Positions 47,620-57,152 of a stretch of 64,000 bases of DNA are shown in pieces. Both the position numbers and the translations under genes were made by a program. Source of the stretch: an uncultured SAR86 cluster bacterium (GTDB lineage Bacteria > Pseudomonadota > Gammaproteobacteria > Magnimaribacterales > D2472); assembly GCA_902518715.1 (NCBI GenBank), contig CABYHU010000002.1:37356-101355 (forward strand). The letters are read 5' to 3'. Below the pieces are notes generated by a model. It had not been told where the DNA came from. It made no database searches and saw only the letters and a list, made by a program, of their open reading frames with translations. Each line of letters begins with the position of its first letter. Position 1 is the stretch's first letter.

Positions 47620-48558
47620 TTAAAAAATTCGCTCTTCTAAGTATTTCTCAATTTCAATAGCTGAGTTGATATCAAAAGTTTTTGAGAAATTAAAACTCCT
47701 CATCCAAGTAAGCTGTCTTTTTACCAATTGTCTAGTAGAAATGGCGCACTTCTCCTCAAGCTCATTGGAATCTAATTCTCCATTAATTACTTGAATTGCT
47801 TCTTTGTAATTAATTGAATTAAGAGCTGGATGATTTTTTGCGATATTGTCTAATTTAATTATTTCTTGAGCTTCTCTAATTAAGCCCATGTTGATCATTT
47901 CTACTATTCTTTCTCGTATCCTTGCTTGGAGAATCTCTCTATCGCTTGGAAAAATTCCTAAATTTATAAACTCAAATTCTTCAAAGATATTTTCAGTATC
48001 TTCTTTTTTGAAATCAGAAATCTTCTTACCTGATATTTTGAAGACCTCTAGAGCCCTCATTATTCTCTGTTTATCATTTTGCTTTATAGTTTTAGCTGAG
48101 TCTGGATCTATTTCTTTCAATTCATTAAATAGTTTATCCACTCCTCGATTATCAAGCTCTCGCTGAAGCTCCTCCCTGATAGCTTCATTTCCTTCAGGTA
48201 TATTATTTATTCCCTTAAATAGTGCATTGAAGTACATCATTGTTCCACCAACTAGTAAAGGAATCCTATTATTTGAATGCGCTTGTACAACAATTCTGTA
48301 GGCCTGATCATAAAAATCTTTTACTGAAAAAATATTTTCTGGATCAGCGCTATCAACTAAGTGATGTTTGTACTTTTCAAGGATTTTTTTGGGGGGCTTA
48401 GCAGATCCAATATTAAATCTTTTATAAATTTGAACTGAGTCTACGCCTATGATTGAAATTGGAAATTTTTTTATTAAATGAACTGCAGTAGAAGTTTTAT
48501 TACATGCAGTTGGTCCAATCAGGGTAATTATTTTCTTTTTAATCTTGCTATTATGCAA
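47620..48558 (-). CDS. miaA: tRNA dimethylallyltransferase
   Basis: It has the P-loop variant LIGPTACNKTSTA, with DSVQIYK and LVGGTMMYF. It is 312 aa. Confidence 0.88.
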   Translation of the reverse strand: MHNSKIKKKIITLIGPTACNKTSTAVHLIKKFPISIIGVDSVQIYKRFNIGSAKPPKKILEKYKHHLVDSADPENIFSVKDFYDQAYRIVVQAHSNNRIPLLVGGTMMYFNALFKGINNIPEGNEAIREELQRELDNRGVDKLFNELKEIDPDSAKTIKQNDKQRIMRALEVFKISGKKISDFKKEDTENIFEEFEFINLGIFPSDREILQARIRERIVEMINMGLIREAQEIIKLDNIAKNHPALNSINYKEAIQVINGELDSNELEEKCAISTRQLVKRQLTWMRSFNFSKTFDINSAIEIEKYLEERIF

Positions 48559-48559
48559 T

Positions 48560-49804
48560 TTACAAACTAGCTCTAATCAGTGAAAGTTGGCGCATGGTTG
48601 CTCCGATATTCTTTTCAACAACTGTATTTGCATTACTAATCATACCCTCTCTAAAGTCTTCTTGATTCTTATAGGTTTTGCAAAAAAGTTCAAATATATC
48701 CAATGGAGTTCTCACAATGTGTGTTGCATTAGCATTTATGAAAGATTCAACAATATTTTTAAAATTAAAATAGTGTTCTCCCAATATAAATGGGCACTGA
48801 GCTATTGCAGGCTCAATAATATTATGGCCTCCTCTTTTTACTAAGCTTCCTCCGACAAAAGCTAGCTGAGCATCTGCATAAAGTGTGGGAAGAATTCCAA
48901 GTGATTTAACTATTAAAATATCTGATGAAGTCTCCTCTTCATTTTCATAAATTGAATTTGATCCCATATTAAGAAAAAGGGCTTTAATTTTATTTGCCCG
49001 CTCTGGATGACGAGGCACAACAACTAACTTAACTGATGGAAAATCTCTTTTTATCAGGTTAAAAGATTCCAAAATAATTTTATCCTCTCCCTCATGGGTG
49101 GATGCAGCGAGAAAATATGGGTGCTCTAAAAACTTTTTAAAACTTAGTGATTTTGATTTACTAAAATTAGATCCTTGGTCAAATTTAACTGAGCCTGTGA
49201 CGTGAATATTTTTGCAGCCAAGCTGATGATAGTAATTCTTATCTTCATCTCCTTGAGCCATGACAAGATCAAGATTAGAGAAAACTTTTTTAAGAAAGAT
49301 ATTAAGCTTCATATATTTTTTAAAACTCTTTTTAGATAGTCTTCCATTGCTAACAATAGATGGTATCTCCAGTGCCTTGCATAAATGGATAGAGTTTGGC
49401 CAAATTTCTGTCTCAAAAAAGATAGCTGCCTTAGGTTTAACTTTATTTAAAAAGAGCAAAGTAAAAAAATAAAAATCAAATGGCGCATATGCAATATCAA
49501 CTCGCTTATTATCAGAAAAAAGTTGGTTTGCTTTTTTAAATCCTGTTCCAGTTGTTGTAGTAAGAATGACTTTATGATCCTTTGATAGCTTTCTAACTAA
49601 ATCGCTCGAAGAAATTACTTCTCCTAAACTTACTGAATGAAACCATATTGATTCAAGACCAGGTTCCATAGAAGTTGATAAAACGCCAAATCTATTTTTT
49701 AGATTCCTTAAATAGCTTGAATCTCCAATTGCTTTGAAAAAGATCCTGATAATAAATATTGGGGTTAAAACCAGAAAAATGAGATTATAGATAAAGATAA
49801 GCAT
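48560..49804 (-). CDS. waaA: 3-deoxy-D-manno-octulosonic acid (Kdo) transferase
   Basis: It has an N-terminal TM helix, IWFHSVSLGE and the C-terminal FVGGSLVKRGGHNIIEPA. It is 414 aa. Confidence 0.88.
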   Translation of the reverse strand: MLIFIYNLIFLVLTPIFIIRIFFKAIGDSSYLRNLKNRFGVLSTSMEPGLESIWFHSVSLGEVISSSDLVRKLSKDHKVILTTTTGTGFKKANQLFSDNKRVDIAYAPFDFYFFTLLFLNKVKPKAAIFFETEIWPNSIHLCKALEIPSIVSNGRLSKKSFKKYMKLNIFLKKVFSNLDLVMAQGDEDKNYYHQLGCKNIHVTGSVKFDQGSNFSKSKSLSFKKFLEHPYFLAASTHEGEDKIILESFNLIKRDFPSVKLVVVPRHPERANKIKALFLNMGSNSIYENEEETSSDILIVKSLGILPTLYADAQLAFVGGSLVKRGGHNIIEPAIAQCPFILGEHYFNFKNIVESFINANATHIVRTPLDIFELFCKTYKNQEDFREGMISNANTVVEKNIGATMRQLSLIRASL

Positions 49805-49849
49805 AGTTTATTACTCTGGTTAGTATAATAACTGCGCAACAGGATTTAA

Positions 49850-50707
49850 ATGAAATTTATCAATCAAAAGATAGGCGTATTTTTTTGGAAGCTAATTGTT
49901 GCTTTTCCAATAAACTTTCAAAATGTTTTAGCAAATATTTTATTTTCTTTTCTAAAAAACCCCAATCTTAAAAGAAATATTTTTAGTAGAAAAAATATTG
50001 ATGCTGCTTTTCCTGATTTGAATAAGCAGGAAAAAATAAATCTTTTTAATAAAAATCTCAAGTCGATGATTCGTGGAATATTTGATACTGGTAAAGCGTG
50101 GTTTTGGAGTGATTCAAAGATAAATTCTTTAATTAAATATGAAATATTTGGTTTAAATAAGCTTATTGCAACCAAAGGCAACCTTCTCATTTTTAAACAC
50201 TCTCATCATTTAGAGCTGGATTCAAGAATACTCGGAATGCATTGTGAGCTTTATGGGGTAGAAAGAGCACATAATTCACCCTTCATGCAGAAAGTACAAA
50301 GCATGGGAAGATTGAAAGGGCTTAATGCTCTCGCTGATAAGAATTCACCAATTACATTCATTAAATGGCTAAAGAAAAATAAAACTGTTCTTTATGCTAT
50401 TGATCAAGATTATGGCTTAAAGAATAGTTCAAATGTAGATTTTTTTGGCATTAAAACAGCTACTACAAATGCTCCTGTCAAAATTGTAGATGCAACTCAA
50501 TGCAACGTTTTGTTTTTAAATTCATATTATGACTCAGACAAATTAATTCTTTCTGTTGAAGAGATAAGCATCTCAGATTCAGAATTGATGATTCAAGATA
50601 TCTCGTCACACATCGAGGCTAGAATTAGAGAGAAACCATCAGAATATTTATGGCAACACAGGAGATTCAAATCAACTTTGGGAAAGGAAAGTTTTTATGA
50701 GCGCTAA
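49850..50707 (+). CDS. Lipid A biosynthesis late acyltransferase (LpxL/HtrB family)
   Basis: It has an HX4D motif (HHLELD) and the C-terminal PSEYLWQHRRFK that is conserved in the LpxL/LpxM family. It is 285 aa and is divergent from waaA. Confidence 0.8.
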   Translation: MKFINQKIGVFFWKLIVAFPINFQNVLANILFSFLKNPNLKRNIFSRKNIDAAFPDLNKQEKINLFNKNLKSMIRGIFDTGKAWFWSDSKINSLIKYEIFGLNKLIATKGNLLIFKHSHHLELDSRILGMHCELYGVERAHNSPFMQKVQSMGRLKGLNALADKNSPITFIKWLKKNKTVLYAIDQDYGLKNSSNVDFFGIKTATTNAPVKIVDATQCNVLFLNSYYDSDKLILSVEEISISDSELMIQDISSHIEARIREKPSEYLWQHRRFKSTLGKESFYER

Positions 50708-51311
50708 GTTAGATCGGTTTAAGAATATTAAAGGTTTTCTTCACCCAGATGAAGGAAAATTCCTTTATGAGCTCTCTTCAAGAGAATGTAGAGAGAGATT
50801 TGCTGTCGAGATTGGTTCCTATTGCGGCAAATCTGCCTGCTATATTGGTTTAGCTTGCAAAGAAAATGATACAAAGTTATTTTCTATTGACCATCATAGA
50901 GGATCGGAAGAGCAACAATTTGGTGAAGAGTACTTTGATGAAGAGATCTACGATTATGAGAAGAAAAGAGTTGATACCTATCCTCTTTTTATAAGCAATA
51001 TAAAAAAATTTGGTCTCATTGATACTGTTATTCCAGTTATTGATAATTCTGAGGAAGCATCAAAAAAAATTGAAGATGACTTAGACCTTGTTTTTATTGA
51101 TGGAAGTCACACCTTTGAGTCAGCAAGAAATGATTATTTTTCATGGAGAGATAAAATAAGAATTGGCGGTATCCTAGCTATTCATGATATTTATGACTCA
51201 GAATTAGAGGGAGGCCAAGCTCCTAGAGAAATTTATGAAAAAGCATTAGTTGAAAACTTTGAGCTAATAGATAGAGTTCACAGCTTAGTTGCTCTCAGAA
51301 AGCTATACTAA
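50697..51311 (+). CDS. Class I SAM-dependent methyltransferase (Methyltransf_24-like)
   Basis: It has AVEIGSYCGKSACYIG (motif I-like), FIDGSHTFESARNDY and GGILAIHD. It is 204 aa and overlaps the lpxL-family gene by 11 nt. Confidence 0.65.
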   Translation: MSAKLDRFKNIKGFLHPDEGKFLYELSSRECRERFAVEIGSYCGKSACYIGLACKENDTKLFSIDHHRGSEEQQFGEEYFDEEIYDYEKKRVDTYPLFISNIKKFGLIDTVIPVIDNSEEASKKIEDDLDLVFIDGSHTFESARNDYFSWRDKIRIGGILAIHDIYDSELEGGQAPREIYEKALVENFELIDRVHSLVALRKLY

Positions 51312-52271
51312 GAATACATTTCTTTTTTGTGAGATCCCAAATACACAATCTGCAGCAATGATAACTGCAGCATTTGTCCAAGTTGAAAACTCATCAGGCC
51401 ATAAAATATCCAATTTATATTGATAGCCAGTTGGGAATATTCCTCTGTTGTCTTGGAATCTCATTATTTCCTCTAAAATTTTTCTAGCATCTTCTTTTCT
51501 GTTCATTTTTACTAAGCTAATTATAAATTCTGATGATTCCGCAAAAGTTACCCACGGCTCTTCAATAACACATTTAATTCCTAGTCCTTCATGGTAAAAA
51601 TTACTAATAGTCTTATTAATGAACTCATCATTTCCAATACCACATAAAAAAGGATAATAATTATCCATAGAGAACCTTTTCCTGCTTACACCATCGCGAT
51701 CAAATTTCTTTGAATTAATTTTTTCTTGATTTAGTAGTATTTTTTCATGGTTGCAATCTAAATCTAGAGTAATAGCAATTTTTTCATATGTTTTTAATGA
51801 GATATGAACTGAACATGAGGCAGTTATTAGAGAATTATCAGAATATCCATCTTCGTCTTTAGCCCAAAATAAGAATCCTTCTTGGTCTGTAAAGGCTAAG
51901 GTTGAATTGTATATCGACTGTATTTCTTTTTTGTACTTAACTAAGTAGTCAATATCATTATCAATTAAAAATTTTTGGTAAAGAGGAAGAAAAACATATG
52001 GCGCATGATGACTTTCGGCATATCCCTTAGTTACTTTTCCATTAATAAATTCTGATGCAATTTCGCCTTCAGCATTTAAATTATTAAAGAACCATTCAAT
52101 GCCCTTATTAAATGCATCCCACTCTTCATATATTGCGAGAGCTATTAAACACTCACAGTGATCCCAAGGATCGCACTTGCCTCTATGGTCCCAGTATATT
52201 GATCCACTCTTATTTTGATTTTCAATTATCCAATCCTTAGCAGGAACTAATTGATGTTTAATCATTTTCAT
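51303..52271 (-). CDS. Hypothetical protein, possibly an (alpha/alpha)6-toroid fold (prenyltransferase/terpene-cyclase-like or glycoside-hydrolase-like)
   Basis: 322 aa with no TM helix. It has repeated aromatic/acidic helical segments (DPWDHCECLIALAIYEEW, FLFWAKDEDGYSDNSL, TWTNAAVIIAADC). The fold assignment is an impression only. It is the last gene of the string ilvE, GT4, methyltransferase, this ORF. Confidence 0.35.
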   Translation of the reverse strand: MKMIKHQLVPAKDWIIENQNKSGSIYWDHRGKCDPWDHCECLIALAIYEEWDAFNKGIEWFFNNLNAEGEIASEFINGKVTKGYAESHHAPYVFLPLYQKFLIDNDIDYLVKYKKEIQSIYNSTLAFTDQEGFLFWAKDEDGYSDNSLITASCSVHISLKTYEKIAITLDLDCNHEKILLNQEKINSKKFDRDGVSRKRFSMDNYYPFLCGIGNDEFINKTISNFYHEGLGIKCVIEEPWVTFAESSEFIISLVKMNRKEDARKILEEIMRFQDNRGIFPTGYQYKLDILWPDEFSTWTNAAVIIAADCVFGISQKRNVFLV

Positions 52272-52972
52272 AACTTCTTAAAATAAAAAGAAGTACTTTT
52301 TCCTAAAAATGGATTAAGAAGATTATCTAAGACCCTCAAAATCATAGGATTTCTTAATATTTGTATCTCTAATATCTTTTTATAAACTTTAACAAGAAAA
52401 TTATTATCCTGTGATGACCAAAATAGACATCTAAGCCACCAATAAGGACTGTGCAAGGCATGATACTTTTCAGTTCTCTCTAAGTTATAACCTTTTTCTT
52501 CAACTTTCTCTTGAAGCACGCTTTTTCTGAAAATTCTTACATGGCCACCTGGCATATTTTGATAGCCTTTAGAGAGCAACCAACAAATTTTTTCTGGAAA
52601 ATAAGATGGCACGCTTATAAGCAAATTACCACCAGGCATAAGCAATCTTGTTAACTCCTTAAGGGTTGCATCGACATCTGCAACATGTTCTAAAACCTCA
52701 GAACAAATTATTGTCTCAAAGGCATTATCGCTAAAGGGTAAGTTATAAACAGAGCCTTGAAGAAATGTTGATTCTTTATTAGAAATTGAGCTAAATAAAG
52801 TTAAATTTGTTTTCCCTTCCTGAAGCGAATCAGAGTCTAAATCAACTCCAACACAAGTTATATCAGGAAACTGATCCATGAAACCAAAAACATGCCTACC
52901 GGGACCACATCCAGCATCAAGCATAAAAGAATCTTTTTCTGGACTAATATTATTAAAATTGAAGGTTAGCAT
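52268..52972 (-). CDS. Class I SAM-dependent methyltransferase (type 11)
   Basis: It has SAM motif I (MLDAGCGPGRH), an acidic loop (GVDLD) and post-I/II segments (CSEVLEHV, PGGNLLISV). It is 234 aa. Confidence 0.8.
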   Translation of the reverse strand: MLTFNFNNISPEKDSFMLDAGCGPGRHVFGFMDQFPDITCVGVDLDSDSLQEGKTNLTLFSSISNKESTFLQGSVYNLPFSDNAFETIICSEVLEHVADVDATLKELTRLLMPGGNLLISVPSYFPEKICWLLSKGYQNMPGGHVRIFRKSVLQEKVEEKGYNLERTEKYHALHSPYWWLRCLFWSSQDNNFLVKVYKKILEIQILRNPMILRVLDNLLNPFLGKSTSFYFKKL

Positions 52973-54213
52973 GAATTAAACTTTTCTATTGTCTCTAAAA
53001 ATTGTTCTTCGTAATCTAATGCAATTTTCTCCCAATTAAAAGTTTCATTTGCATATAGAGATCCTTCTTGAGCAAGATTATTAAATGAAGGTCTATTTAG
53101 ATAAAAATTTTCTATGCACTCTTTCAGGGCATCTGGATTACCAGGCTCATATAACTGTCCAAAATCTTGAATGATTTCAGGGAGTGCAGAGGAATTTGAA
53201 GAAATTATTGGTGTTCCGCATGCCATTGCCTCAGCTGCAGGAAAACCAAAACCTTCATACAAAGAACTAATAACTGCAAGAGAGCTAGACTGATATTCAT
53301 ATGCAACTTCTTCTTTAGAAAGATTTGTTTTAAAGGAAACATGGTTAGTAAGATTGAGTTGTCTAATAAGCCTTTCTGTATGACCATTCTCTCTGGGATT
53401 TCCAACAACTGAAAGTTTAATATTTGGATATTTATCTAGAATTAATGAAATAGCTTTAAGTGTAGTATCTAGTCCTTTTAATGGAATGTCAGCACTTGCG
53501 ACAGTTACGATTTTAAAATTTTCTCTCTCTAATGCATCATTCTTCTTAAAAACTTCTAGATCTAGTCCATTAGGAATAACATGGATTCTCTTTGGATCAG
53601 TCTTAAAATCAATAGCAATATCTTTCTTTGAATTTAAAGAGACTGTAATAATCTTTTTAAGTTTGGGTGCTACTTTTTTATTCATTTTAAGGAATGTATA
53701 CCATCTTTTTTTAAAAAATCTTTGCATACAGCCATTTGAATAAATAAGATCATATTTAAAGTCTTTCGTTATGGGATGATGAATTATTTCAACAAAAGGA
53801 TAATTTTTTTGAATTTCCAAAATCCCTGAACTTAAAGACTGATTATCGATAACGATGTCATAGTCCTTTTTTTGTGAGAGATATTTCTTCACCCTTTCTC
53901 CGAATGAGTACATTTCTGGGAAACCGCCTATCAAGGTTTTAAAAAAATCATAATAATCGAGAAAGTCTTTATCCTTTCTGTTCCAAAGCTTTAAAAGCCT
54001 ATCTCTAAAGCTAAATGTTTCAAATAAATTTAATCCTTCCAATTTAATTAATTTAATTCCTGGATCGAGAATTGGCATCGGAGGCCCTGAAATGACGTCT
54101 ATCTCATGTCCCCTTTTTGAAAGGGCATTTGAAAGTTCTTTCACAAAAATACCTTGCCCACCTGAGAAAGGTGCGCTCCTATAACTTAGTAGTGCAATCT
54201 TTAATTTATGCAA
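52966..54213 (-). CDS. Glycosyltransferase family 4 (GT-B fold)
   Basis: 415 aa. The N-terminus is SGGQGIFVKELSNALSKRGHEI. The C-terminal EX7E motif is EGFGFPAAEAMACGTPII. Confidence 0.8.
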   Translation of the reverse strand: MHKLKIALLSYRSAPFSGGQGIFVKELSNALSKRGHEIDVISGPPMPILDPGIKLIKLEGLNLFETFSFRDRLLKLWNRKDKDFLDYYDFFKTLIGGFPEMYSFGERVKKYLSQKKDYDIVIDNQSLSSGILEIQKNYPFVEIIHHPITKDFKYDLIYSNGCMQRFFKKRWYTFLKMNKKVAPKLKKIITVSLNSKKDIAIDFKTDPKRIHVIPNGLDLEVFKKNDALERENFKIVTVASADIPLKGLDTTLKAISLILDKYPNIKLSVVGNPRENGHTERLIRQLNLTNHVSFKTNLSKEEVAYEYQSSSLAVISSLYEGFGFPAAEAMACGTPIISSNSSALPEIIQDFGQLYEPGNPDALKECIENFYLNRPSFNNLAQEGSLYANETFNWEKIALDYEEQFLETIEKFNSC

Positions 54214-54217
54214 AATA

Positions 54218-55141
54218 TTATTCGATGTATGTCAGCCAGTTTCTTGAATTATTGTCAGTTCCAAGAACTGCATTCTCATAATTTGTTTGTATTTCTTTTG
54301 TAATTGGTCCAACAGTTCCATTAGAGATTATCTTTTCATCAATTTTTGTAATTGGGGTAACTTCTACTGCTGTACCAGTGAAAAATGCCTCATCACATTC
54401 AATAATCTGTTCATAAGACCAGTCTCCCTCTTCAACTTTATGGCCAAGATCTTTTGCGATATCTATAACCGATTGTCGAGTTATTCCATTTAAGCAATTC
54501 TTTGTTGTTGGCGTCATAATTAGACCATCTTTTAAAAAGAAAATATTTTCCCCGCTGCCCTCTGAAATATAGCCATCATTGTCAAGAATTAATGCCTCAT
54601 CAGCTCCTTTTGCAACCGCATCATGCAAGGCAACAATTGAATTTACATAAGTCCCAGTAATTTTATAGTTTGACCAATTGGGGTTTTTATATTGTTTATA
54701 TGGAGACTTTGCCACAGAAATTCCTTTCTGTTTTGATTCAGGATCCATATATGAGGGCCATTCCCATGCTGCAATAATTACATTAACTGATAAATCTTCT
54801 GCTCTTAAGCCAAGTGATTCATTTCCTAAGTAAATTATTGGTCTGATATATGCCTCATCAAAATCGTTTTTAAGCAACACAATCTTTTGGGCTTCAATAA
54901 TTTCTTCAATAGAATATGGAATATCTATATTTACTATCTTTGCAGCCTCAAAAAGTCTTTCTGTATGCTCTTTTACCCTGAAAATTGCTGGCCCATTTTC
55001 TGTATTATATGCACGCACCCCTTCGAAAACACCAACACCATAATGAAGGGTATGCGTCAAAGAATGGACATTGCATTCATCCCATGAAACCAGATCTCCA
55101 TTTCTCCAAATCTTTTTATTCTTGTAAGTTAAATCAAACAC
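54218..55141 (-). CDS. ilvE: Branched-chain amino acid aminotransferase
   Basis: 307 aa. Class IV aminotransferase segments are present (HYGVGVFEGVRAY, AYIRPI, EGSGENIFF). Confidence 0.9.
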   Translation of the reverse strand: MFDLTYKNKKIWRNGDLVSWDECNVHSLTHTLHYGVGVFEGVRAYNTENGPAIFRVKEHTERLFEAAKIVNIDIPYSIEEIIEAQKIVLLKNDFDEAYIRPIIYLGNESLGLRAEDLSVNVIIAAWEWPSYMDPESKQKGISVAKSPYKQYKNPNWSNYKITGTYVNSIVALHDAVAKGADEALILDNDGYISEGSGENIFFLKDGLIMTPTTKNCLNGITRQSVIDIAKDLGHKVEEGDWSYEQIIECDEAFFTGTAVEVTPITKIDEKIISNGTVGPITKEIQTNYENAVLGTDNNSRNWLTYIE

Positions 55142-55177
55142 TCTATTGCATTTATAATTAATAAAATCGAAGGTATT

Positions 55178-56575
55178 ATGACAAACAAGCTATCAAATCA
55201 AAAGCAAATGTCAGAACTTATAAAATCAATATTTAGGGAATATGACATAAGAGGTATTTTCCCAGATGAGCTTAATGAAGATTCGATTGCAAAAATTGCT
55301 AAATCCATTGCTCAGAAATGTTATCAAGAATCAGTGGCTGAAGTTGTAATTGCACGAGATGGAAGACTGTCAGGTCCATCCCTTTTGGAATCTCTCCAAG
55401 AATCTTTAAATAAGCATGGAATTAATACTATAAATATAGGACTTGCTACAAGTCCTCTTCTTTACTACGCAGCAAAAAAACAAGCTTCTAAGTCTGGAAT
55501 CATGATCACAGGGAGTCATAACCCTAAAAACTATAACGGAATTAAGCTTGTTATAGATGATAAACCAGTATCTGGTACTGAAATATTTGAGCTATCTAAA
55601 ACAGATATATCTTTAAAAGATACAAATGGTGAGAATAGATTTTTAGATATAAAAAATAACTATATAACTGAGGTTAAAAATAGCTTTAATTTTAAAAACC
55701 TCAAAGTAGTTGTTGATTGTGGAAATGGTGCAGCCGGAATTATTGCTCCAGACTTATTAAGAGCAGTTGGCTGCGAGGTCATCGAAATTTTCTGTGATGT
55801 TGATGGAAATTTCCCAAACCATCATCCGGATCCAGGAAAAGAAAAGAATTTAGTGGACCTTATTGATAAAGTAGAAGAGGTCTCTGCAGATGTTGGTGTT
55901 GCCTTTGATGGTGATGGAGATAGGCTTGGAGCAGTAACTTCATCAGGAAGATTAATTTATCCCGATCAAATGATGATGTTATTCTCAAAAAAAATACTTT
56001 CAAAAAAGGGAGGCAAAACTATTGTTTTTGATGTTAAGTGCTCAGACTTTCTACCTGAAATAATTAAGGAAAATGATGGTATACCTTTCATGAGTCCAAC
56101 TGGGCATTTTCATATTAAAAACAATATAAAAAAATATAATGCCGTATTAGGAGGTGAAATGAGTGGTCATATTTTCTTTAATGATATTTGGCATGGTTTT
56201 GATGATGGTCATTATTCTGCAATAAGGCTTTTAGACATCATGAATGAAACAGGATCATCGCTAGATGATTTATTGGATAGCCTTCCCGTTTCTTATTCAA
56301 CTCCAGAATTAAATATAGATGTTCCTGAAGAGAGAAAGTTTAAAATAATTAAGGATTTCATTGAAAATGCATCAATTGATGGGAAAAAAGATTTTACTGA
56401 CGGCCTTCGAGCCTCATTTGAGAATGGTTGGGCTCTATTAAGAGCTTCAAATACGACTCCGAAGCTTGTATTGAGATTTGAAGCAAATAGTCAAGAATCA
56501 TTAGAAAAGATTCAAAGAAACTTTTTGGAAGAGTTAAAAAAATTCTTACCAAATCAAGATATTAATTTAGAATAA
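55178..56575 (+). CDS. algC: Phosphomannomutase/phosphoglucomutase
   Basis: It has the active-site Ser loop (TGSHNP), the Mg-binding loop (FDGDGDR) and the sugar-binding segment GGEMSGH. It is 465 aa. The algC versus manB name is by analogy only. Confidence 0.85.
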   Translation: MTNKLSNQKQMSELIKSIFREYDIRGIFPDELNEDSIAKIAKSIAQKCYQESVAEVVIARDGRLSGPSLLESLQESLNKHGINTINIGLATSPLLYYAAKKQASKSGIMITGSHNPKNYNGIKLVIDDKPVSGTEIFELSKTDISLKDTNGENRFLDIKNNYITEVKNSFNFKNLKVVVDCGNGAAGIIAPDLLRAVGCEVIEIFCDVDGNFPNHHPDPGKEKNLVDLIDKVEEVSADVGVAFDGDGDRLGAVTSSGRLIYPDQMMMLFSKKILSKKGGKTIVFDVKCSDFLPEIIKENDGIPFMSPTGHFHIKNNIKKYNAVLGGEMSGHIFFNDIWHGFDDGHYSAIRLLDIMNETGSSLDDLLDSLPVSYSTPELNIDVPEERKFKIIKDFIENASIDGKKDFTDGLRASFENGWALLRASNTTPKLVLRFEANSQESLEKIQRNFLEELKKFLPNQDINLE

Positions 56576-56580
56576 TATAA

Positions 56581-57150
56581 ATGCCTAAAGAAAATAGGAA
56601 ACAAATCATTCTTCAGTCACTAGCAAGTCTTCTAGAAGAAAGAAATCTTTCTAAAATTACAACTGCTCTCTTAGCAAAAAAATCGTCAATTACAGAAGCA
56701 GCTTTATATAGACATTTCCCAAGCAAAAGATCTATTTATTTGGAATTATTTTCTTTTTGTGACGAGACAATAATCTCAAAGTGCGCTGAAATTAAGAAAA
56801 GTAAAGATAGCGCGGAGCAAAATGCAAAAAATCTATTTATGTTTTGTATATTATTTATTGAAAAGAATAAGGGCTTTGCAAGACTTCTATCGAGAGAGGC
56901 TTTAAGTGCAAACGAACAAAATGTAGTTGATGCTACTAACCAGTTTTATGAAAGACTGGAACTAAACTTTAAACAAATATTACAAAAAGATTCTGATTCG
57001 CTCCTATCACAGCCAGGAATATCATCTCATTTATTGATTACTTCACTTGAAGGCACAATCTCAAGATATATAAGATCTAAATTTAAAGAAAAGCCAAGCT
57101 CATATATTGAAAATATTTGGACACTCTTACAAATATCTCTTTTTAAATAA
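56581..57150 (+). CDS. slmA: Nucleoid occlusion factor SlmA (TetR family)
   Basis: [40 protein letters not shown] closely parallels E. coli SlmA ([40 protein letters not shown]). It is 189 aa. Confidence 0.8.
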   Translation: [189 protein letters not shown]

Positions 57151-57152
57151 AT

